Assembly (NCBI GenBank): GCA_035601655.1
Contig: DATNNV010000031.1
Coordinates: forward strand, 561 to 64,560
Source of the DNA: Candidatus Dormiibacterota bacterium
GTDB lineage: Bacteria; Acidobacteriota; Terriglobia; Acidiferrales; UBA7541
Reading direction: 5' to 3'
DNA: 64,000 bases
Numbering within the stretch: position 1 is the first letter of the stretch; the number at the start of each line of letters is the position of its first letter. The translations under genes and the position numbers were made by a program. Below the pieces are notes generated by a model. The model searched no databases, had not been told where the DNA came from, and was given only the letters and a program-made list of their open reading frames with translations. Of the stretch, positions 10,011 through 20,161 are shown piece after piece.

Positions 10011-11531
10011 CTATTCGTCGCCGTCGCTGCCGCCACGATTGCGCTCGCTACTGCCGCGTTCACGCTCGCTGCCGGCGCGGTCACGCTCACGCTCGCCGCG
10101 CTTCTTCATGCGCTGCACAAAGCGCACCGGCGTGCCGATAAACGCAAATTTATCGCGCAACTGATTTTCGAGAAAACGCTGGAAGCTGAAATGCAGCGGC
10201 TTCTGCTGATTGGTAAAAAGCAGAAAGGTCGGCGGCGCGATCTTCGCCTGCGTGATGTAGTAGATCCGTACCGGCCGCGCTTTCGGCGTCGTGCCGCGCT
10301 GCAAGTCCACGTCTTCCTTGAGCCAGCGATTCAGCTCCGGAGTGGCGATGCGCCGCCGCCGCGCCAGCGCCACCTGATCGATCAGCGAAAAAAGTTTGTC
10401 GGTGCGGTCGCCCGTTTTCGCGGAAAGAAAAATGATCGGCGCATAGCTCAGAAATCGCAGCTTCCCGCGAATCAGCTTTTCGTACTCAATCAGCAGCGTG
10501 CCTTTATCGAGGTCGCCGGGATTGCGCCCGCCCGCGCCTCCCGCTGCAACGCGCTTGGCTTTTCCTTTTGCGGTCGCCGCGTCACGCTGCGAAGCTTTTC
10601 GCGCCGCTTGCACCGCCAGATCCCATTTATTAATGACGATAATCACGGACCGCCCGGACTGCTCCGCATACATCGCAATCGTCGCGTCGCCCTGCGTCAC
10701 GCCCAGCTCGCCGTCGACAATCAGCAGCGCCACGTCCGCGCGCTCCAGCCCGCGCCGCGCCATCACCACGCTCAGCTTTTCCGCCACCAGCACGGTTTTT
10801 CCCTTGCGCCGGATTCCCGCCGTGTCCACGAAGCGATAAGTCTTGCCATCGCGCGTCACTTCCGTGTCCACGTTATCCATCGTGGTGCCGGGAATCGGTG
10901 AAACGATCGACCGCTCCTCCCCCGCCATGCGATTCAGCAAAGTGGACTTGCCCACATTCGGCCGCCCGATAATCGCGACCTCGACAATCTCCGGCTCAGC
11001 CTCGCCGTCCGCCTCCGCGCCAGCCTCGCCCGCGCCAATTTCTTCGAGCGCCGCGTCCAGCAAATCATCCACGCCAGTCCCATGCTCCGCCGCAATCGGA
11101 AATACCGGCGCGCCAAACGTGTGGAACGCCGCCGCATTCGCTTCCTGCGAAGTGGCGTCCACTTTGTTCGCCGCCACAAAAAAAGTTTTCCCGGTCCCGC
11201 GCAAAAGCTGCGCCAGCTCTTCATCCAGCGGCGTAACGCCCGCGTGCGAGTCCACCACCATCACCAGCAGCGCCGCTTTTTCAATCGCCACGCGTGCCTG
11301 GCGCAGAATTTCGCGCGGGATCAGCTCTTTATCGCGCGGAACAATCCCGCCGGTGTCCACGATCTCCAGTTCCCGCCCGCGCCACTCCGCCTTGCCGTAG
11401 ATGCGGTCGCGTGTAATTCCCGGCTCGTCGGTCACGATGGCGCGCCGCGTCCCTGTGAGCCTATTAAACAAGGTGGACTTGCCCACATTCGGCCGTCCGA
11501 CAATCACCAGCGATGGCAGTTGTTGAGACAT
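10011..11531 (-). CDS. der: Ribosome biogenesis GTPase Der (EngA)
   Basis: Two tandem GTPase domains (GRPNVGKS twice, DTGG/DTAG, NKVD/NKWD) and a C-terminal KH-like domain. ATG 11531 (MSQQLPS). Confidence 0.97.
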   Translation of the reverse strand: MSQQLPSLVIVGRPNVGKSTLFNRLTGTRRAIVTDEPGITRDRIYGKAEWRGRELEIVDTGGIVPRDKELIPREILRQARVAIEKAALLVMVVDSHAGVTPLDEELAQLLRGTGKTFFVAANKVDATSQEANAAAFHTFGAPVFPIAAEHGTGVDDLLDAALEEIGAGEAGAEADGEAEPEIVEVAIIGRPNVGKSTLLNRMAGEERSIVSPIPGTTMDNVDTEVTRDGKTYRFVDTAGIRRKGKTVLVAEKLSVVMARRGLERADVALLIVDGELGVTQGDATIAMYAEQSGRSVIIVINKWDLAVQAARKASQRDAATAKGKAKRVAAGGAGGRNPGDLDKGTLLIEYEKLIRGKLRFLSYAPIIFLSAKTGDRTDKLFSLIDQVALARRRRIATPELNRWLKEDVDLQRGTTPKARPVRIYYITQAKIAPPTFLLFTNQQKPLHFSFQRFLENQLRDKFAFIGTPVRFVQRMKKRGERERDRAGSERERGSSERNRGGSDGDE

Positions 11532-11821
11532 GAAAGTTTTCGCCCGGCATTCGCACAAGGAAGGAAGCGCGCTGCAGAAGCAACACTCCAATGTAGCCTA
11601 TGCCGCCGCCGAAGTCGAAAGCCACGCCCTGCCGCGAGCCCAGCCAGGCGCTCCGCAAGAGGTTACCGACTCGCATACCCATCTCTGCCAGCCGCATCAT
11701 TTCTCTCGCGCGGTGATAGCGTGGAAACATACAAGTTGCAAGGTTCGTTGCGGTGCGCCTGCGGAGCCAGTTCCCCGCGGGCCAGGACAAATAGCGACAA
11801 AAGCGTAAGGGGGAATTTTCC

Positions 11822-13405
11822 GTGAAGACTCTTTCCATGTGCCGGGCAGCCGCGATGTTCGCTGTATGTCTCGCTCCTGCAATCGCAGGTGCGCAAGGCT
11901 TCGGCACAAACGGCTCCTCCGTCGTTTCGCGCACCACCAAGGCCATCAACTACCGCAAGACCAGCGGCTCCACGAAAATTATCTTCCGCGGCACCGAACT
12001 GATGCAGCAGGCCAGTGGCGAAGCCAAAGTCGAAAACAAGAACGGCCGCATCGGCATCGAAGCCAAATTCGAAGGCTTCGAAGACGCCACCAAGTTCGGC
12101 CTCGAATACCTCACTTACGTTCTTTGGGCCATTTCTCCCCAAGGCCGTGCCGTCAATCTCGGCGAACTCGAGCTGAAAAACGGCGCCGGCAGAGTGAAAG
12201 CCATCACCGAGCTGCAAACCTTCGGCATGGTGGTCACTGCCGAGCCGTATTTCGGCGTCACGCAGCCCGGCAACATGGTCGTCCTCGAAAACGATCCCGC
12301 GCAAGGCGCCGCCAATGTCGAAAACATCGACGCCAAGTACGAACTCCTCGCGCGCGGCGTCTATTCTTCCTCGAACACCAAAATCGAAGGCGCCATCTTC
12401 GGCATTGACCGCAACACGCCGCTCGAACTTTTCGAAGCGCGCAACGCCGTGCGCATCGCGCGCAACGCTGGAGCCGACAAGTACGCCGCGTCTGCGCTCG
12501 CCAAAGCCGATCAGCAGCTCAAAGGCGCCGAGGACGTGTACCGCCAGAAGCGCGACCACAAGACTGTGGAATCCGCCGCGCGCGAGACCGTGCAGACCGC
12601 CGAAGAAGCCCGCGTCATGGCCGTAAAACAAAGAGCCGAAGAAGAAGCCAACGCCAAAGCCGCCGCGGACAAACGCGCCGCCGAAGACCGCGAAGCCCAA
12701 GCCCGCGCCGACGCGCAAGCCGAATCCCAGCGCCGTCAGGAAGCCGAGCAAGCCCGCCGCGACGCGGAAGCCGCCAAAGCTGATGCCGAACGCATGAAAG
12801 CGGAAGCCCAGCAGGCCGCCGCCGAAGCCGCCCGCCAGAAGCAGGAAGCCGAGCAAGCCCGCGCCGCCGCCGTCGCCGAGCAGCAAACCGCAGTGGAAAT
12901 GAAGCGCGCCGCGGAGGCAGACGCTCAGAAAGCGCGCGATGCCGCTGCGCAAGCCGAAGCAGAAAAAGCCCAGCTTCGCGCGCAGTTGCTGGACCAGCTC
13001 AATTCCATCCTGCAAACCCGCGATTCCGCCCGCGGCCTCATCGTCAATATGTCCGACGTGCTTTTCGACACTGGCAGCTACACGCTGAAGCCCGGCGCCC
13101 GTGAAAAGCTCGCCAAGATTTCAGGAATTGTCCTCGCGCATCCCGGCCTCACCCTGCAAATCGAAGGGCATACCGACAGCGTCGGCTCCGACGACTTCAA
13201 CCAGCAGCTTTCCGAACGCCGCGCCGATTCCGTCCGCGATTTCCTCGCCGAACAAGGCGTCCCCGCTTCTTCCATCACCGCCCACGGCTTCGGCAAAACC
13301 CAGCCCGTCGCCTCCAACGACACCGCCGAAGGCCGCCAGCGCAACCGTCGCGTCGAACTCGTAGTCAACGGCGCCGCCATCGGCTCCAACACTGCCTCCA
13401 AGTAG
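11822..13405 (+). CDS. OmpA-family peptidoglycan-binding protein with long Ala/Glu/Gln coiled coil
   Basis: Signal peptide, coiled-coil middle, C-terminal IEGHTDSVG...NQQLSERRA...NRRVE. Confidence 0.9.
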   Translation: MKTLSMCRAAAMFAVCLAPAIAGAQGFGTNGSSVVSRTTKAINYRKTSGSTKIIFRGTELMQQASGEAKVENKNGRIGIEAKFEGFEDATKFGLEYLTYVLWAISPQGRAVNLGELELKNGAGRVKAITELQTFGMVVTAEPYFGVTQPGNMVVLENDPAQGAANVENIDAKYELLARGVYSSSNTKIEGAIFGIDRNTPLELFEARNAVRIARNAGADKYAASALAKADQQLKGAEDVYRQKRDHKTVESAARETVQTAEEARVMAVKQRAEEEANAKAAADKRAAEDREAQARADAQAESQRRQEAEQARRDAEAAKADAERMKAEAQQAAAEAARQKQEAEQARAAAVAEQQTAVEMKRAAEADAQKARDAAAQAEAEKAQLRAQLLDQLNSILQTRDSARGLIVNMSDVLFDTGSYTLKPGAREKLAKISGIVLAHPGLTLQIEGHTDSVGSDDFNQQLSERRADSVRDFLAEQGVPASSITAHGFGKTQPVASNDTAEGRQRNRRVELVVNGAAIGSNTASK

Positions 13406-13493
13406 GGCCCGCCTTCTGAGGCGGGCCGCGCTGTAGCGCACGCGCGCCTTGTGCGCGGGTGCCTTTGGAGTGCGGCAGCTTGATGCCGCTTTT
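13402..13493 (+). repeat. Cluster of REP-like palindromes (two GTAG hairpins plus one family B copy)
   Basis: GTAGGGCCCGCCTTCTGAGGCGGGCC overlaps the OmpA stop codon, followed by GTAGCGCACGCGCG... and TTTGGAGTGCGGCAGCTTGATGCCGCTTTT (13464-13493). Confidence 0.65.
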
Positions 13494-13691
13494 CCTACGG
13501 CCGACCAACCCAATCACCGCACCTTGTTCGGTGCTTGGCATCGCCCGTGCCAACGCTTCCGCGGGCAGCGCCAGCTTTCATCAGCTGGCGTTCCTGCTTT
13601 TCTAGCGGCCGCGCGTCTTTCGCGCGGACCCGGGCGCCTACCCCCTCCCCGACCCACTCTTAACAATAAGCGCAACTTATGCGCACTTTTC

Positions 13692-13721
13692 TTGACGCTT
13701 TCTGGAACCCGCGGGTACTGT
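13692..13721 (+). promoter_or_regulatory. Possible sigma70-type promoter of the TonB-dependent receptor
   Basis: TTGACG-N18-TACTGT about 100 nt upstream of ATG 13823. Confidence 0.35.
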
Positions 13722-13822
13722 ACTCGTATTCGCAGGAGTGGTGTCGCTCGGTTCTCCGGGGAGAGCCGAAGAACGATTTGCCGGGGGGCGTCATGATTTC
13801 ACAAGAATTCAAGGAGAATTCG

Positions 13823-16800
13823 ATGAACAGGTCTATCCGCAGACTGGGCGGCGTGGTGTGCATATTTCTAGCGGCGCTGATGATCGCTGCGTCGGGCGGC
13901 GCGGTGCACGCGCAAACATTTCGTGGCACGATTTTGGGCACGGTGACGGACTCCACAGGCTTGGCCGTTTCCGGCGCCACCGTCACCATCAAGAACACCG
14001 GTACCGGCCTGACCCGCACTGTCAGCACCGGCGACGGCGGCGAGTATTCTGTACCGGAGTTGCCCATCGGCGTTTATAGCGTCACTGTCGAAAAAAGCGG
14101 CTTCAAGACCGGCGTAGTCAACGATATTCAAGTGGAAGTGGGCAGCGACCGCCGCGCCGATGTCAGCCTGCAGACCGGCGCCATCACCCAGAGAATCGAA
14201 GTCAGCGGCGACGAACTGCCCCAAGTCGAAGCCACCAATAACGTCCTCGGCGGAATCATCGAATCCAGAATCGTCACCTCGCTGCCGGTAAACGGGCGCG
14301 ACTACCAGAAACTGATCTTCCTGGTTCCCGGCGTCACCGGCTCGCCCGACCAAATCACGGACTCGCCGGGCTCCTTCGGCGTCTTCTCGGTCAACGGTGC
14401 GCGCGGCCGCGCCAACAACTTCCTGCTCGACGGCACGGATATGAATGACGGCTACCGCAACGATCCGGCGATCAACGAAGCGGGCGTCTTCGGCACCCCC
14501 GCGACCATCCTGCCTGTCGAAGCCATAGCAGAACTGCGCGTTTCCTCAAATTTTGAGGCCGAATATGGCCGTAGCGCCGGCGCCGTCATCAATATCGTCA
14601 CCAAAAGCGGCACTAACGCCTTCCACGGTTCAGGACTCGAGTTTTTCCGCAATACCAAGTTGAACGCCCGCAACTACTTCAACCCGGTTTCCGACGCCAA
14701 ACAGCCGTTCCACGACAACCAATTCGGCGGTTCCCTAGGCGGACCGATCGTTCACGACAAGACTTTCTTCTTCGTCGACTACGAGGCCATGCGCGAGAGC
14801 GGCAAGGAAGCCAGCCCCGCTTGCGTACCCACGGCGGCCGATATCTCGAACCACGCGCCGACAAAGGGTGACCTCACCAGCATCAATCCGGTGATACAGA
14901 ACCTGCTGGCGCTGAACCCATGGCCCACCGCTACTAGCAACAACGACTGCTACGAGAATGGCGGCATCCCTAACGCCGCGCTCGCCACGCCCTTTACCAA
15001 TCGCGTTGACAGCGCCATCGTTAAAATCGATCACGCCATCAACAAGGACAATCTGCTCACCGGCCGCTACTACATTGGCGACAGCCTGCAGAGCTTTCCG
15101 CTCGCTCTCGTTGGCGGTGGATTGCTGCCCAACTACAACACCATAACCCCCACCCGCGTGCAGCTCATTTCTCTCTCGTACGTGACTACCGTCACGCCTT
15201 CGGTTGTCAGCGAAGTGCGCCTCGGCTGGAATCGTTTCGCCGAGGGTTTTTTCCCGCAGGATCGCTCCTTTGATCCCGCTTCGATCGGGCTCAACACCGG
15301 CGTAACCAAGGCCGATTTTGGCCTTCCGGTCATCAACGTGGGCAGCATCAACGGCAGTTCCCTCGCGCAACTCGGCGCGGATAAAGGCGACCCGCGGCAG
15401 CGCGTCGACTCCAATTGGCACTTTGTCGACAATATCTCCTGGAAATTTGGACCCAACGACATCAGATTCGGCTACGAATTCCGCCGCACTTCCGTCTCCC
15501 AGACCTTCGACCGGCGCTTCCGCGGCGTGCTTAAATTCGACAATCTTGACACCTTCCTGCAGGGCCTTCCGAATGGCAGCAGCGTGCAATTCGCCGGCGA
15601 TACGGATCGCAATACCTTCGAGAACTCCCATGCCATCTACATTCAAGACAGCTCGCGCATTACCAGGCGCTTCACCCTCAATCTCGGCCTGCGCTACGAC
15701 TACTACGGAATCATCAGCGAGAAAAAACATCAGTTCAGTAACATCGATCCGGTTACCGGAGCCCTCATTCACCCGCAAGGGCACCTGTATGCTCCCGATT
15801 ACAACAACTGGAGCCCCCGCGTCAGCTTTGCCTGGGACCTAACCGGCAAAGGCAAAACCATCCTGCGTGCCGGATACGGCCTCTTTTACGATGCATTTTC
15901 CCAGGATCTTTTCATGGGTCACATTCCGTTCGGAAGCTTCTTTGCTCCCGGCCCGGCATACAGCGGTTTTGACAACATCTCCCAATTGAGCCCCCGAAGC
16001 ACGCCATTCAATCCCAACGTGCCTGTCTTTGCGTTTCCCACCCCCCTCCAGGACGCTTTCGGCGTCGACCAAAACCTGCGGACGCCGTATATGCAGAATT
16101 TCAACTTGAACCTGCAGCAGGAACTCGGCAAGCACACGGTTTTCCAAATCGGCTATGTCGGCTCCAACGGCCACAAACTCTTCCGCTTCCGCGACATCAA
16201 TCAGCCTTCGCAGGACAGAATCGATCAAATCGATCTGGGCTGTTCCTGCATTAGTTCTATCAACTCAAATCGCAACTTCTTCAATGGTTTGACGTACATC
16301 TACTTGCAGGAATCTTCCGGAAACTCCACCTACAATTCCTTGCAGACCAGCCTGCGTGTCAACAATTGGCACGGCCTGACCTCCACCGTGAACTACAACT
16401 GGTCGCATTCCATCGACGATTCCAGCGACGGCGAAGACTTCGTGCAAAACGCCGCGCAGCCCACCGACAGCACCCAGCCGTCCAGCAATCGCGGCAATTC
16501 CAATTTCGACGTCCGCAACCGCTTTACCTGGAATTTCATCTACGAATTCCCCAACCGCAAGGGCAACTGGCAGCGCCTCACCAACGGTTGGGGCCTCAAC
16601 GGCATCCTCACCGTGCAGTCCGGCCAACCCTTCCACTTGATCTTTTCGGAAGATGATTTCGATGGCTCCGGCCAGTTTTTCCCCAAGCCCGACGTGGTCG
16701 GCCCCATCGTTTACCATCCGCGCGACCCGAACAATTTCCTGGACCTCACCGCCTTCGCCGTCCCTTGCACTCCAGTCGCATCGGGGTTTGATGGAACGGC

Positions 16801-17149
16801 TGGTAGCTGCACTCCCGGCACCCGCCACTTCGGGAATCTGGGCCGCAACTCGTTGATCGGGCCAAACTTCCGCCAGTTTGACTTCTCCGTCTTCAAGATC
16901 ACCAACATCACCGAGAAACTCAAACTCGAACTGCGCCTCGAAGCCTACAACCTTCTGAACCGCCCCAACTTTGCGAATCCCTACCTGCCCAACTTCCTCG
17001 CCGACGGCGGCGGGAACGGCTTTGACGCGGCTGGCCGGGCTCAGGGCTCTCTAGCCTTGGGTGTCACCGGTGACGTAGGCGTAGGCTACCCGTACCTCGG
17101 CAGCGGCGGCCCGCGTTCGCTGCAACTCGCAGCCAAGTTCACCTTCTAA
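13823..17149 (+). CDS. Oar-like TonB-dependent outer-membrane receptor with carboxypeptidase-regulatory-like N-domain
   Basis: AAGGAG RBS before ATG 13823. AQTFRGTILGTVTD, LPVNGRDY, GAVINIVTKSGTN and C-terminal LQLAAKFTF. Confidence 0.92.
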   Translation: MNRSIRRLGGVVCIFLAALMIAASGGAVHAQTFRGTILGTVTDSTGLAVSGATVTIKNTGTGLTRTVSTGDGGEYSVPELPIGVYSVTVEKSGFKTGVVNDIQVEVGSDRRADVSLQTGAITQRIEVSGDELPQVEATNNVLGGIIESRIVTSLPVNGRDYQKLIFLVPGVTGSPDQITDSPGSFGVFSVNGARGRANNFLLDGTDMNDGYRNDPAINEAGVFGTPATILPVEAIAELRVSSNFEAEYGRSAGAVINIVTKSGTNAFHGSGLEFFRNTKLNARNYFNPVSDAKQPFHDNQFGGSLGGPIVHDKTFFFVDYEAMRESGKEASPACVPTAADISNHAPTKGDLTSINPVIQNLLALNPWPTATSNNDCYENGGIPNAALATPFTNRVDSAIVKIDHAINKDNLLTGRYYIGDSLQSFPLALVGGGLLPNYNTITPTRVQLISLSYVTTVTPSVVSEVRLGWNRFAEGFFPQDRSFDPASIGLNTGVTKADFGLPVINVGSINGSSLAQLGADKGDPRQRVDSNWHFVDNISWKFGPNDIRFGYEFRRTSVSQTFDRRFRGVLKFDNLDTFLQGLPNGSSVQFAGDTDRNTFENSHAIYIQDSSRITRRFTLNLGLRYDYYGIISEKKHQFSNIDPVTGALIHPQGHLYAPDYNNWSPRVSFAWDLTGKGKTILRAGYGLFYDAFSQDLFMGHIPFGSFFAPGPAYSGFDNISQLSPRSTPFNPNVPVFAFPTPLQDAFGVDQNLRTPYMQNFNLNLQQELGKHTVFQIGYVGSNGHKLFRFRDINQPSQDRIDQIDLGCSCISSINSNRNFFNGLTYIYLQESSGNSTYNSLQTSLRVNNWHGLTSTVNYNWSHSIDDSSDGEDFVQNAAQPTDSTQPSSNRGNSNFDVRNRFTWNFIYEFPNRKGNWQRLTNGWGLNGILTVQSGQPFHLIFSEDDFDGSGQFFPKPDVVGPIVYHPRDPNNFLDLTAFAVPCTPVASGFDGTAGSCTPGTRHFGNLGRNSLIGPNFRQFDFSVFKITNITEKLKLELRLEAYNLLNRPNFANPYLPNFLADGGGNGFDAAGRAQGSLALGVTGDVGVGYPYLGSGGPRSLQLAAKFTF

Positions 17150-17166
17150 TTTAGCCCGATTTAGCG

Positions 17167-17196
17167 AAAAAGCCCGGCAGCGATGCCGGGCTTTTT
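17167..17196. terminator. Rho-independent terminator (bidirectional)
   Basis: AAAAAGCCCGGCA-GCGA-TGCCGGGCTTTTT. Confidence 0.85.
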
Positions 17197-17345
17197 CATT
17201 TTCGGGCCCGTAACGTGCCGTCAGTCGCGATGCCAGCCCAATCCGCTCCGCTTAGGCTGTATTCCTCCATTTCTGGTACAGTGCTGCCTAACGTGTCGGT
17301 ATTCGAACCAAACTGCCCGGCCCTGCGCTGGGCGACTTTGCAATG

Positions 17346-17372
17346 TGTAATTTTGGGGCGGGTGGCTGCGTA
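17346..17372 (+). promoter_or_regulatory. Possible ECF-type promoter directly before the sigma gene
   Basis: TGTAAT-N17-CGTA ending 7 nt before ATG 17380. Confidence 0.3.
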
Positions 17373-17379
17373 CTAGTCC

Positions 17380-17988
17380 ATGGAAGCGCTGAGACCAGTC
17401 CGGATGAGTGCGCCGGGAATTTCGGAGCCTACAGAGGCGATCGCCAAGGCTCGGGCAGGGGATGCCGAGGCCTGGGGTACCCTCTTTCACGACTACGCGC
17501 CGGCGATGTTCCGGTTTTGCCGGAGGGCGCTGCCCACCCGGGAGGACGCCGAAGACGCCACCATGGAAATCTTCATCAAGCTGCGCCGGAACCTGGGGCA
17601 GTACGACAGTACGCGGTCGTTCTCGGCCTGGCTCTATAAGGTTGCCGCCAACCACTGCTGGGACATCCTGCGGCGGCGCAAAGTCCGGCAAGACAAAGAG
17701 ACCGAAGATGTGGAAAATGTGCCGCTGGAGCATCCGGACCCCAGTGCGCTGGACAAGATGATCGAAGAGCGTTCCAGCGAGGAAGTGCGCAAAGCGCTCG
17801 AGAAACTGGGCGCGCGGGCGCGCATGGCGCTGGTGATGCGCTATTACTCGGACATGAGTTACGACGAAATTGCGGACGAGTTGGGTGTGCGGCGGCAGTT
17901 TGTGGGCGTAGTACTGCTGCGCGCCCGGCACGAGCTGCGGAAGGCGCTGGAAGGCAATGCTGCGCTGACCGCGGGGGGAAGAGCATGA
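17380..17988 (+). CDS. ECF RNA polymerase sigma factor
   Basis: DAEDATMEIF, FSAWLYKVAANHCWD (region 2) and MSYDEIADELG (region 4). Confidence 0.92.
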   Translation: MEALRPVRMSAPGISEPTEAIAKARAGDAEAWGTLFHDYAPAMFRFCRRALPTREDAEDATMEIFIKLRRNLGQYDSTRSFSAWLYKVAANHCWDILRRRKVRQDKETEDVENVPLEHPDPSALDKMIEERSSEEVRKALEKLGARARMALVMRYYSDMSYDEIADELGVRRQFVGVVLLRARHELRKALEGNAALTAGGRA

Positions 17989-19676
17989 GCGAACCCGAAG
18001 ACGAAGTGAAATTGCCGGCGCGGCATCTCGACGAGATGACCTGCCTGCTGTATATCGACCGGCAACTGGAGCGCGCGCGGGGCCTCGAAGTTTCCGCGCA
18101 CGCGGCGGACTGTGCCAACTGCCGCACGCTGCTGCGCGCTCTCGAGCGCGAATCGCGGCTGATGACGCGATCCATGCTGGAAGAAGACGAGCCGCTGCCA
18201 TCGCGCCTGGCCGCATTCCAAGAGCAGGCGCGCAAGTCCATGCAGTGGATTTGGGGACTAGTGTTTGGCCTGGCGGCGACGGGAATTTATGCGCTGTATG
18301 AAGGGTACGTTCAGCCGTGGCAACAGAAGTTGGACGAGGCAGGATTTGGCGGATCGAATCTGCTGAGCCTGATGATCTTTCAAGGGGCCTTCTGGAAAGG
18401 GTGGCAGTCAATGCTTACGTTGATCGAAGTGCTGGCGTTAGTGACCGTCGGATTGTTTTGCGCGGCGTATTTCCGGCGGCGCATCCGGCGAGGGTCGGCG
18501 CTGGCGCTGGTGGTCGCGGGGCTGTGCGGCGTGATGGCGGTGCCCAGGCCGGTGGCGGCCACGGAGATGCGCCACGCGGACACCATAACGATCGGGAAGA
18601 GTGAAAAGATCAAGAGCGACTTGTTCCTGACGGCAGGGCGCTGCCGCATCGATGGCGACGTGGACGGCGATGTGTTTGCGTTTTGCCAGTCGGTGGACGT
18701 GAATGGGCACGTGACCGGGGATGTGATTGGGTTTGCGCAGAGTATTCACGTGAACGGCGTGGTGGACGGCAATATTCGCGTGGGCTGCAACAATCTGACG
18801 CTTAGCGGCACGGTCGGGAAGAATGTGCTGGCCTTCGGCGATTCCTTGCGCATCGATTCTGACGCCAAAGCCGGCGGGAGCGCGACGGTGTTTGGCGGGA
18901 CGACTTCGATCGATGGAACGGTAGGGCGCGATATTTTGTCGTTTGCGGGGCTGCTCAGTATCAATGGAACAGTAGGCGGCAACCTGAAGGCCAAGGGCGA
19001 GACGCTGGCCATTGGCTCGACGGCGAAAATCCAGGGGAGCTCGGAATTTGAGGGGAAGAAGGCGCCGGAGGTGGCGGCGGAGGCGAAGCTGGGATCGCCG
19101 GTGAAATTTACGAAGACGGAGCGGAAGCCGGAGTACCGCTCGGGGCACTATTATGTGTGGCAGGTGATTTGGGGGGCGGCGTTCGTGCTATTTGGGCTGG
19201 TTTTGTTTGTGCTGATGCCGGAATTTTCGAGGCAGGCGACGCGGTCTGCGGAGCGGATTGGGGCTTCGCTGGGATTGGGAGTGCTGGTGGGATGCGGACT
19301 GCCGATCGCGGCGGTGATTGCGTGCATCACGGTAGTGGGATTGTTCCTGGGCCTGAGCACGTTTTTCCTCTGGTATGCTTCACTTTATTTCGCGCAGATT
19401 ATTGTGGGGGCGCTGCTCGGGCAGTGGCTGATGGGACGGACGGATGAGCTTTGGCCACGGATTGGGCGGATGATCGTGGGACTGCTGGTGGTACGGCTGT
19501 GCTTCCTGATTCCGCATGTGGGCGGCTGGCTGAAGCTCGGAGTGATCATTTGGGGAATTGGAGCCATATCCTTGGCGCTGTACCGGAGAATGCAGCCGGT
19601 GGTGGCGGCGGGAATGCCGCCGATGGCGAGTCCGATGCCGCCTGCGGCACCGATTGGCGGAATGCAGCCGGCGTAA
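17985..19676 (+). CDS. Zinc-finger (zf-HC2) anti-sigma factor fused to a bactofilin-like beta-helix and multi-TM domain
   Basis: HxxxCxxC (HAADCANC), TM helices, repeated V/IxGxVxGD/N units, C-terminal TM bundle. ATGA overlap with the sigma gene. Confidence 0.75.
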   Translation: MSEPEDEVKLPARHLDEMTCLLYIDRQLERARGLEVSAHAADCANCRTLLRALERESRLMTRSMLEEDEPLPSRLAAFQEQARKSMQWIWGLVFGLAATGIYALYEGYVQPWQQKLDEAGFGGSNLLSLMIFQGAFWKGWQSMLTLIEVLALVTVGLFCAAYFRRRIRRGSALALVVAGLCGVMAVPRPVAATEMRHADTITIGKSEKIKSDLFLTAGRCRIDGDVDGDVFAFCQSVDVNGHVTGDVIGFAQSIHVNGVVDGNIRVGCNNLTLSGTVGKNVLAFGDSLRIDSDAKAGGSATVFGGTTSIDGTVGRDILSFAGLLSINGTVGGNLKAKGETLAIGSTAKIQGSSEFEGKKAPEVAAEAKLGSPVKFTKTERKPEYRSGHYYVWQVIWGAAFVLFGLVLFVLMPEFSRQATRSAERIGASLGLGVLVGCGLPIAAVIACITVVGLFLGLSTFFLWYASLYFAQIIVGALLGQWLMGRTDELWPRIGRMIVGLLVVRLCFLIPHVGGWLKLGVIIWGIGAISLALYRRMQPVVAAGMPPMASPMPPAAPIGGMQPA

Positions 19677-19679
19677 GAG

Positions 19680-19728
19680 CCGTTGACCGTGATCCGTTAT
19701 CCGTGTCTCGTGATCCGTGTTTCGTACT
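19680..19728 (+). repeat. Degenerate heptamer tandem repeat (YCGTNNN x7)
   Basis: CCGTTGA CCGTGAT CCGTTAT CCGTGTC TCGTGAT CCGTGTT TCGTACT. Confidence 0.7.
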
Positions 19729-19793
19729 CGTGTTCGGGATGGCCTTCTCTCGCCGGGTAGCACCGCTGCGCCGTACACATTGCGGCTGCCCCG

Positions 19794-20161
19794 CCCCCCC
19801 GCGTTTTGCGTAAGTGTTGATTCTAAAGGTAGTTAAAGTCCTTTGTTTTGACATACTTTTGTAAGTGTTCATGAAGGGGTTACGTGTGGTGCAGAGACGG
19901 CTAGGGCTGGGCCCGCAAAGGCCGCAGGGCTGCGCGGACTCCGCCCTGCGCTACAGAGGCAAGGCTGCCGCCCTAAAAGGACGGCGCCTACAGTTGGTTA
20001 CCGGCTTCAAGTAATACTTTAGAGCCCGGTGGAAAATGCGGGGTACACCCCCCATGTTTTTGCAAAGAGTGCGGAAACTATAGATTCCAAGAGACTTAGC
20101 TTGCACTCTGGTGCACAAGAGCGCAGCAAGAGTGCGCAACGCCTTGATTTTTAAGGGGTTA
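19794..20161. repeat. AT-rich intergenic element with degenerate ~24-bp units and GTAG hairpins
   Basis: Units TAAGTGTTGATTCTAAAGGTAGTTA, AAGTCCTTTGTTTTGACATACTTT, TAAGTGTTCATGAAGGGGTTA, AAACTATAGATTCCAAGAGACTTA and CAACGCCTTGATTTTTAAGGGGTTA. Confidence 0.6.
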
